Assembly (NCBI GenBank): GCA_030704615.1
Contig: CM060733.1
Span: forward strand, 12,276,001-12,340,000
DNA: 64,000 bases
Origin: Takakia lepidozioides
Taxonomy: Eukaryota; Plantae; Bryophyta
Reading direction: 5' to 3'
Shown here: positions 38,470-48,168 of the stretch, piece after piece
Layout of the letters: the number at the start of each line of letters is the position of its first letter
Position numbering within the stretch: the first letter of the stretch is position 1
Translations under genes and position numbers: made by a program
The notes under the pieces: model-generated
The model's input: only the letters and a program-made list of their open reading frames with translations
What the model was told of the DNA's origin: nothing
The model's database searches: none

Positions 38470-39135
38470 TGACAATACACTTTCGTCTCCAAATTACTAC
38501 CCACAATTGGGGGCAATTGGGGCTTAGCACCCTTAAATCACATCTGCCTGCAACTTTTACGAAGGAGCCAACTTGGTGATCCAGATAAGCCAACCTACTG
38601 CAGTTTCTGCATGCCTTGTCTGATCAAGGTGCTTTCCAGAATTCGAGATGGGTTGACATAGAGCTGTATATATCTAGGTGTATTCGGTGAACCCCTCGAA
38701 CATTCTCTATTTGACTGAACCGCACCGGTCTCTTTGTATACAATCAGCTCACAAGAACACCTCCTCCATTGCTTGATACTATACACAAAGTTGGGAACTT
38801 CTAATTTACCCAAGGATTGAAAGAGATTTATTCATGTTGGCTGCTTCCTTCAGGCGCTTGCCCTCAGCACCTGAGCTTTTCTGCCTGAACATTGATCCAA
38901 TCCATCCCAGCTTCAGTTGCAACAAATGAGGGCCTGCAACTAAGATCTACAATGGAAATCAACCTCTCTCATCTCTCCAGTCTTCAATCTACTTACCACC
39001 AACTGGCACTTGAAGAGAAAATCTGCAGACATGAATGTGCCAAACAGCAAGGACAAGGAATCTACCTTTCAGATCCAGCAAGGTCAACAAGATTCATCGT
39101 CCACATCGGATGTTGGTCAGCAAATTGCTTTCCCA
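38470..39135 (-). pseudogene. Intron-containing fragment of a kinesin-12 (POK/KIN12-like) motor domain
   Basis: Exon 39135-39066 WESNLLTNIRCGR(1-nt loss)[10 protein letters not shown] splices (GT..AG) to exon 38884-38810 [25 protein letters not shown]. Degraded VGSNLETK..IVTNV (LGGNSKT..IANV) at ~38465-38505. Confidence 0.9.
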
Positions 39136-39556
39136 CTGCACAGTAAAGTCCAGCAGATTCTAGCAGGTGCTTGAACCTTGAACCCTTCTATTTCTCTTTG
39201 TTCCCGAATTCGTCGGAAGTTAAACAAACTTCATCTTCATCTTGCCTGCTTCCTTCTCCACAAACATTTCAGTGAGTGGCAGTGCAACATATGTTGACCC
39301 AAATTCTGATCCACCAAAGATAACTCACTAGAGCATCAGTTTCCATTCATTCCTGCTCCATTCACACTATTCATTCGAGTATCCTTGGGTGAGCCCTAAT
39401 CTTCATACAACCATGCATTGAGGAAGGAGGGAGATGATCGCTGTCTGTTTGAAGCAGGATTGTTGAAGTGCTTTTCAGAGGAGTTTGCTTGGCAGCAGGA
39501 TGGTTGAAGGAAGGGATTAAAGCCTGGCAGTTCATTTGTTGCAACCTCTGTCTCGG

Positions 39557-42500
39557 ATGTTGGAATCCATGAAACCCCCCCGGGTTTTGCAGCATAGTAG
39601 CATTCTTCCAAAAAAGTACCTTCACCTGCATGTAGGGTTTATCAGTCGATTGACAAGTCCTAGCCCCTTGCCAGGACACTATTTGCCACAATGGCGCATA
39701 AACTTTCCCAGGAGAGAAGATGAGCACATCAGGTTTTCAATCTACGGCTTGCCTTACACCGGATCTTCATTCTGTGTCTCCTCGTCAAGAATTTATCGTC
39801 ATTGGCTTAACGGGAAGTCGGCAACGAGAGCGAGTCGGATATGTCGAAGTGCACACTACAATGCGGGATCATTTCACTCCAAATTCCACTCCCATTCGAC
39901 GACGAGGCAGGGACGATACCATTGCGCGGTTGAAGGAGGAGAGACTGGAGAGGGGTGCAGTGAGTGTGTGGATGTGGGCTCGTCAGACGCAGAGGGCAGT
40001 GCGCTTTTGCGCTATGAGCAACTTCTATCGGTTGATCAAAACGCGAGGGAGAATGTAAATGGCATCACGGACGGTCCCAATCCAGTGGAGGCCGAATCAA
40101 CTAATCAGTTCATAGTGGTCACTTTTTATCACTTTGTGGAGATTGAGGACCCCCACCAGGAGGTGGCCAGTCACACAGCATTCATGCAGGTGGATCTCAG
40201 CTCATTCATATTGTCCGATTTATGGCCTGCATCTAGGAAGGCAAAAGGACAGCTTTGATGTGAGGGGTTAAAATTAGGTTTTGAATGTGTCCGCTGTGTT
40301 CTGCTCTCTGGGAGATCGTCTTGACATTAATCCACCAAGGTATTAAATTCATCTCGAACTGTCCAATGATCCGGTTAGAGGATTTTGTGCTGTGTAAAGG
40401 CTGGCTAAAGTTTCGTGATGGCTTCCAGCACTGCTACTGTAGTGCTCTTGCTTAACCCCGGTATGCGACAAGGGGTTGTGTTTGCACTGACGGTCATTGG
40501 GGGGAGAGTGACAGAAAGACAGCACTGTACAGAAGAAGAGTGGCTGGCAGGTTTAAAGTCAGCTTAGGGCTTTGATGCACCTAAATGCTTTGAGATGTCA
40601 TTCAGCACCTGTGGTGTATACAGGATTAGTATCGGGATGGTTTGAAAATTCAAGTGTTATCGGTTGGAAACCACTAAAGCTCAGATCCCCCCTTGAGTGT
40701 GGGAAGAAATAAATGAACGATTCAAGGGATTCTCAAGTAGAGAAAGAGGGAAAAAATCCTTGAAAGTGTACTCAAATTCGTTTAATTTTGGGCCATTAAG
40801 CAAGCACCTCAGTTGGAAGTAAACAGTACAGTGGAAAGTAACAGCTGGTGGGATAGGCTGCAGGGCCAAGACTTAAGAGGGCGCATCTACATCAACCATC
40901 AAGGCATTAATGCCCAGGTTTGTTCATTTGCTGTGCCCCTTTCTGCAATTTGGCTTACCAAAATGCATGAAATCTGCTGATTGTAATGTGTTCATAATTT
41001 TTCGGGGTCCCTGAGTTTTATAGAGCTCCTTTTCGTGAGCAGGTCTCCAAAGCATTCCTACCACACCCATGCTTGGTAAATCCTGCCATCATTATATTCC
41101 ACGTGATCAAACATCGTTGATGCTCCCGCACTTAACATACATGTCGACAAGGGTGTTAGAAAAACGTTCGGCTTGAATTTGGATAATGTGAGCATACACC
41201 AGCTTTCCAGCTTCCAGGCCTTTAATCATCTTGATGCACTTATGCAAGAGACAGACATAAGTATCTGAATCTGCTGAAATGCCTCCTTGGTTTAAAGTCT
41301 GTAGGGCCATCTACTTATGCAGGTTTCTTGTAGCTATTGGTCCAGAGGGAATCATAGGTAATCTTGTGCTTGAAATCCAGCCCTCTTGGATGAATCTGGA
41401 CCCTCACTCTATCCCTGCTCCTTCAGCTATCCCTGCCTCTGCACAAGTCATGCATACATCCTTGCCTTGCCGCTAACAGCTAACAACGACAGCCTAGATA
41501 TGTTCTAGCAAACAACCCAACCCTACTTATCACACTAGTTCCAATACTGAATTGCGTCTGCTTCTCTCTGTAATCCAACAGGCATTCACCATTTGGCAAC
41601 GATTGTCCCACCATTGACATTGACTGGGTTGAAAAAGTATTCATTCCAAGGCTTCCCCTTGTCTCTGTTATCTGTTTTTTGATACTTTCCTGCTGCCAAA
41701 TTGGCAGTAACATGTCAAACCAAACCACCAAGCTAGCTTGCAGAATTCAACATGAAAAACTAGGGACGATTCTGATAAGAGAAAAAAACAGGCTGAAATG
41801 TCTTGAAGAGGAAAGCACAGAAAAGCTAGCTGCTTTCATGACACAAGGTCAAGGACAATGTGGTGAGGATTGTAGCCGTGTATTTGTTACTTGGACTCTT
41901 GGCAGTGGTGTTTGTTCCTGCTTAAGAAATGAACAGTGGCATGAGGACAAAATTTGTTGCAAAGGTTTTGACAAGGTTTGTGTTGTTATGTCATGTTTTA
42001 TTCTGGTTCATGGGGTGGGGCAGCTAAGTGGGCAACGTGCAGACGCAATGGCATATGCAGAATGGGTGAAAGAGGATGACCGATTTTCATCTATGCTTGT
42101 ACAAGTCTCTCCGTCTCCACAAGGCCATTCCTTCCCCAGGCTAAAGCTCCGCTACAAGCCTTCTCTTGTCCAGGTGGGAACCATTAAAAGGCCCTTTCCG
42201 CAGGTTACTGAGGTGGAAGTTACAACGTCTGTCCAGTCTATGTGAACTGCCAGGCACTAGTACGTGTGTAGAGAAGGTTTCAGCCAGTAATGTGGTAGCC
42301 TCATTGTTCCAGAAAATCATGCTCTTGTGTAGTATGATCATGCCTGCATGGAGCTATACTACATTTTTCTCTCACGGTAGTTAATTGAAGTTCATAAGGT
42401 ATTTCCCAGCATATGATTTGAGAGAGTTGCTTTTATGGCTGCATCAGCGCAGGTTGAAGGTGGGACTGGACGCCTTCCTATCACAGATCCATCGGTAAGA

Positions 42501-44937
42501 GCAGTGCCTCTAACTCCCCAGCAATGGAGAGAGAAGCTTGAGGCAGAGGCTGTGGTGGATACTGGAGATGAGAGTGGAAAAGCTGGTATACAAAGGTTGA
42601 AGAGAGTTCTGCTTTTGGATGTACGAAATGGTACCTTTCTCTTGCTTTCGTTCTCTGGACGCTTTCATTTGTTATCTTATTTTACGGTACGTTCCTCACA
42701 GAAAACAAGTAGTTTCAAACCTATTTTTGAGTTCCTCGCTTCTCGCTTTCCCTCTCCCTCTCTCTTGGCACAAGGTAAGTCCCACTACTGAAGTTAGCCC
42801 CTCACAAAGGTAGTATCTGTTCCCTCCTGTTGTGCCCAAACTGGGGGTGGGGTCTATGGCCACAAGGCTACAGCAAATAACGCCTTCAGATTACATGCCA
42901 CATAGGTGTATGTTGGATGTCACCCATTATAACCAACCCAGCTCTGACCCCACTACCGCTTGTAAGGCTGCCTTGTGCCCTAACCACTGGGCCATCTGTT
43001 GGATGCTAGACCAGGTGGAGTACGAAAGCATCATGTCATTGCCTAGTATAATGCCATGGCAGCTCCATACTGGAGCATACATATGAATGGGAGGCTTTTG
43101 TGTCAAAGGGTCTATGGCTGCAAGCCTGCACCATTTGTATAACCCTATGGTGTTAATACAGGAGTACATTACCTCGTTCAATACATTACCTTTCCTATGT
43201 GCAGGATACGAATGGGATGTGGGACACTTCCATGGAGCTCACCGACCAGAGGTTGACTGTTTCAGAAGCACTGAGTTTGGGCTGTCAGAGGAAAAGGTTA
43301 GTATTTGTTCACTCGGCAGTTTGCTTCAACGCCATGTGGGCTGTTGTATGATGGAAGTGCCGTGATGGTGGGAAATGGCAGAATGAAATAGAGGACCCAT
43401 TGGCAGGGGTTGATAAGGAGGCTGTCGATGTTATGATGTATTGCACCGGTGGCATTCGCTGTGATGTCTACTCTACCATGCTGAGGTACATTCTAACCTA
43501 TTTATATCACTGTAATTTTTGTCATGCTCAGAGATAAAACTCTAAGCTTGTTTTTGTCAGGTCTATGATGAAATCGGTTTGTTTGTACGCTTGCTACCTT
43601 TACTCACTGCTACGTTCATGGGCCCCCTCATCATTGGTTCTTGTTTGTGCAAAGGTTTGTCAAAACGATAATGCTGTTGCCGCTATCCCGCAGTAAGAAA
43701 ACCCCTACCAGCAATATGAAAATGCTGTATCCTTCTCAGAGGCAACAAGGTCACACTTGTGTTGCAAGAGTAAACTAAAAGCAGGTCAACATTCGCGCAG
43801 CTTGACATTTCCCCTTAACTGAGCTTGTATTGAAGATGGTGGAAGTATGACAGTTTCTACCTTGTCCCAGCAAACCAGTAGGACTTGGCATCCCCATTAG
43901 GTGACCAAGCTAGGTTAACACTGATGTAATTGTTTTTGGGCTTAATCTGCAGGCAGAAAGGGTTCAAAAATCTGTTCACTTTGAAAGGGGGCATTTCCCA
44001 CTATCTCAAAGAGGAGGGCGCTTCCAAGTGGGTTGGAAATCTTTTTGTCTTTGACTCTCGCTTGGCGGTCTCGCCAAAATTGTATCACCACGGAGAGGCC
44101 TCTCTGTCCCCAGCAATGTCTGAAGATGGCAATAACGCAGGAACAGAGACAGGGGGAGAATTAGCCCTACTTGCTGAACCAACATTTGCCAGGTGTCGAT
44201 TGTGTGGAGATCAAGTCCCTGAAGCACTGCATCGCAATTGTGCCAATCTGGACTGCAATGAACTGTATTTGTAAGTTAACCCTGTCGTCTCAGTTTTCTG
44301 CATGGGGACAATAACTTTATTTCACTGGCTTTCCATGAGAAGGCCCTACTTCAAACCAGCCACTAATGTATGTCAGATAACAGTCCTTTGCCAGAAGAAC
44401 CATGTAAATCCCAATTCAGAACCTCGTGAAGGAATGAACAACCTAGTTAGATCATTCTGGGCAAGCCAGCGTAGGTAAGCAAACCACCGAATTCTTGGTG
44501 TGGAGCCTGGGAGCCCAGGCCTTACTGGCAAGGATCGATTCCTTCTACAGTTGAGACTGCCTTTTCCCTTGTCCCCTTCTTCCTTTCTGCTCAGTTTTTA
44601 GTTGATTTTTTCCGTTTTTGTTAATGTAGCCCTCATGGTTTGAGTATGCAGGTCATGTCCTGAATGTATGGGCCAGCACAAGGGGTGCTGCTGCAGTGAG
44701 TGTGCTGAGGCACCAAGGCTAAGGCCACTGCTGGAATCAAAGGAGCCATACAAGCGCTGGCACAACTACCGTCCCAGCCCTACTCCACCTCCTCGTCCTC
44801 CAGGTTACATTAGCCGGCGTGCACTCAAGAGACAGAATAGGAGGGAGCGGCGGCGGCAGCGGTTATTGGAAGAGAGTGAAGAAGGTGGGGAGGTTGTGAG
44901 ACCCCAGCTTCTCAGCAGTGGAGCCTCACTGGACTAG
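39557..44937 (+). CDS. Rhodanese-like domain protein of the TrhO/YceA (UPF0176) family, STR8-like, probable organellar transit peptide
   Basis: Exons ~39557-40189, 40864-40917, 42024-42173, 42453-42630, 43205-43277, 43382-43485, 43953-44270, 44652-44937. Motifs VVTFYHFV, LRGRIYINHQGINAQ, LLDVRN/GYEWDVGHF, MYCTGGIRC, LKGGISHYL, WVGNLFVFDSR, NCANLDC. Start ATG 39557 or 39569. Confidence 0.93.
41040..41310 (-). pseudogene. PLS-class PPR gene fragment inside rhodanese intron 2
   Basis: GISADSDTYVCLLHKC..LEAGKLVYAHII..NTLVDMYVKCGSINDV then, after a deletion/frameshift, ITWNIMMAGFTKHGCGRNALE: consecutive L, S and P motif pieces. Confidence 0.88.
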
Positions 44938-45593
44938 AGGGAGAGAACAGTGGCTTGCCGTCATTCCTAATGATTCTGCATTCATTGTCAAAGGTTCGGT
45001 TCTGTATGCTATCCCAAGGTTTTGGGTTGTAACTGAACAAAGCAAATTACCTCCCAAATGTGGGATGAGCAAGCATGCCATTTACATGCCCAGTCACACT
45101 TCTGAGAGTCCAATATGTAACTATTGACAATTCCTGAGGTACATGAAGTTCTATGCCTGTTTTTCATTGGCCAAGAGAGCACTATCTGATAGACAAGTGC
45201 AGATTAAAGGAAGTCTTCCCTCATTGTGTCTATAAAGTCAATTGCTTAAATGTGTTGAATGTACTCCGGGTTTATTAAAGATGCCTGGTTATAGCCCCAG
45301 TGTCTGAAGCCTTCAATTGCCCAAGGAAGCCCTCTCTCCTGTCGACGAAGTCAAACCTCCTTTCATATGTACATGCTGCTCGCTCTCTGTACTATAAAGG
45401 TTGTAATACCTGTGGAGGGTGTGCAAAGGGTGCTCAACTCCGTACTGGCGATTCTGAAATCATGGGGCATAGATGCCACTCCAGATCAATTGCTAAGGGG
45501 TTGTGAGCATGTACTCTCTCACAAGCCCCCATAATCCTGCGTAAAGTCCAATCTGGCTAGGCAGCAGACAGCATTTCATAATTTACAGACTCA

Positions 45594-45719
45594 TAACCTC
45601 AGTGGGGTCAATTTGGAAGGAAGTGGAAGATCCTAACCTCAGTGGGGTCAATTTGGAAGGAAGTGGAAGATCCTAACCTCAGTGGGGTCAATTTGAAAGA
45701 GAAGTGGAGGATCCTAACC
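45594..45719. repeat. Tandem repeat, 40-bp unit x3
   Basis: TAACCTCAGTGGGGTCAATTTGGAAGGAAGTGGAAGATCC starting at 45594, 45634 and 45674 (third copy diverged). Confidence 0.95.
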
Positions 45720-45870
45720 CTGCATTTCCATGACTCTGGTGGGTTAAACCCAATTTAGAAACTTCAGAGCTCATTCTGTTTGTGGGATTTGGGCCCCACT
45801 AAAAGGTTCTTTCAGTCTCTACTGCTGAAGAGCCCAAAGATCTTCCAAAAATGGGTGTATCAACGTATCA

Positions 45871-46170
45871 ACCATTCCAACCAGTCACCTCTTTTTTCCA
45901 ACTTACTCTCCCTCTCTCTCTAATCCAATCAGTCAGCTGTTTCTCCCAACTTTGTCTCTCTCTCTCTCCCTCTCATGTTTTCTTCATTTTGTCCTATAAG
46001 CTCTATGAGCTTTCGGCAGACATTACAAAGCACCATTTCATTTCACTTCATTTCTCTCTATATAATCCAATCAGTCAGCTGTTTCTCCCAACTTTCTCTC
46101 TCTCTCTCTCTCTCTCTAATCCAATCAGGCACCTGTTTCTTCCAACTTTCTCTGTCTGTCTGTCTGTTCC
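45871..46170. repeat. Four copies of a CCAATCAG-containing unit separated by CT runs
   Basis: TAATCCAATCAGTCAGCTGTTTCTCCCAACTTT at ~45921 and ~46063; variants at ~45875 and ~46117. Confidence 0.8.
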
Positions 46171-46642
46171 AAACATGGTGGATAGTGGTGTGAAGCCCTG
46201 AGGTGTGTGGCAAGCTCTAATTGAGGGACTGTGTGGCTTCCACTTTCTGCCTTCTCTGCCCTCCTCCACAAGCCACCGACCCCACACACTCCACCACCCT
46301 TGCGCTCCGCACACATGCGGCGCGCATCCCCACACTGATTTCACACCACGTGTCTCTCCTTCATCGCTGCCACCTGCACCAATAAAACCCGTGGACGGAT
46401 ATCCGAGGCACATCCCGAGAATATTTGTCAGTCCTGCGCCGTATTTTTCGCTTTAATCGTAGCCGACGGTCAGGATCTCGTCCAACGATTTCTGACCGCA
46501 TCCACCGCGTCGTACCAACGTGGAGTAGATTGACACCGCACGCTGCTAAACCTAATGAACCGCCACGATCTAACTGAGAAAGCAAAGTACGAGAAAGCAA
46601 CCCTAGGTGATCCCTTTTTTATTTTTATTTTTATTATTATTT

Positions 46643-46859
46643 TAAAGGAAACCCTGGGTGCGACAGCCCACAATTCAGGCCCTTGAGGAGGGGAAAAATT
46701 AACCCCCTTTCATTTATGGGCCATGAGGCCTACAGGACGACCAACGCCCAGACATACCGCCACGAACAATCCCACACACGGGGCAGGGCAGCGGGTTTGA
46801 ACCCTGAACCACCAAGGCGACACACTGTTCACTTACCAGCTGAGCTACCAGCCGATGTG
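46643..46859 (-). mobile_element. tRNA-derived SINE, family A copy 2
   Basis: Near-identical to 13453-13668. A box TAGCTCAGCTGG, B box GGTTCAAACCC, A-rich tail at 46615-46642 on the minus strand. Confidence 0.88.
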
Positions 46860-48168
46860 CTTAAAGAGGGACAGAGGCCTCAGAAGCTTTATAAAAAAGG
46901 GGGATGTAAATTATCCCAAGAGGACAAAATTTGGAAGTTTTAGGTGATCCTCGTTTCAAACCTGGCCCACTGGAGTCTGCACCAAAAAGACATCTTTATT
47001 GCTGGAGCTGCCCAATCACACCCCTCTTTGCTGTCTTATACTGTAAGGATCGGCAAGGTTTGAACCCCAGATCTCACGGGTGGAGTATACGTATCCGGTT
47101 CGATCTGGCCCCCGGTTCCCTTGTAAAAAATGTAAGCGGGAAAATCTAAATTTGGCAACATCAAGTAATGCGAAGTTTCGGTATTTTTGCTTTCGAAAGG
47201 ATCGCAATGGCAGGGAGGGTGACTCTGTCTGTGTGTGCACTGTGTACAGCACAGTACTCGCTTTGTCTCGCACGCGAGTTGACCAGATGTGTATCTGTGT
47301 GTTCATGGCGTGCGGCTGACGTGACCACACACTATTGTGAGGGCGAATGCTATATGCCTTCTGTAATCTTGGACAAGGAAGTTCGTAGCAGTTTGCGGGT
47401 GCCTGCGCAGGCAGTTGCGGTTGATGATACTTAGCAAGGCAGAAAGGATCTACGTGGTGGTAAATAGGAATCTGTTCCTGTCTATATCGCTCTGTAGCTT
47501 CCGCTCTGAGCCTGGTCGTCATTCATTCTCCCTGCTCTGTGTGTCTGTGTGTCTGTTTGTCTGTTTGTCTGTGTAGATGTAGATGGTAGAACGATCTTCA
47601 GATCTGGCCTTCATTTCAGTACTGAATGTCGTTCTGAATCCAGTTTAGTCGTTTCTGTCCAGTTTATGCATAGGTGTCATCTTGCTCACTCGTTTCTTAG
47701 GATATGAACGGTCCACTATGGTAAACAGGGGTGTGGATTGGTGTATTGCTCGCTCTTCCTCGCTTGATTCGTATGATCCGCGGATGATGGAAGAGAGGAG
47801 GGCTGGGGATTGAGGTCTTTCAGAAAGAGGAAGGAACTCTCGTTTCGTGTTTCTTAGGCAAAACTGACATTGAGATACTTTTCGTTCACAAAAGTTATCT
47901 TTTCTGCGTCGACGTGTTTATCTGCTCTGACATTCCTTCGATCTCGCTTTTCTCTCACCTGCTGTAGTTTTACAAAATCTTGCCGGAACTTGAAGCTTCT
48001 CTGCGTACACAAAAAAAGTATTCTTTTTCTTTTTCCCCTTACAAAAGTTCGGTAGGCCACTGTCCGGGCCTGTTTATAAAAAAGAGAGATTTGTGAGGAA
48101 TTGATTAGTTTCTGGATCGCCCGCGCACTCTCGATCTCTAAAGCCTACGTTTTTAGCAGAACTGATCG

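Noticed and set aside
40430-40545. miR156/529/535-like precursor (TGACAGAAAGACAGCAC)
   Set aside because: Several mismatches to known mature sequences and only partial star-arm pairing.
45594-45719. CRISPR-like 40-bp repeats
   Set aside because: Head-to-tail with no spacers; an ordinary minisatellite.
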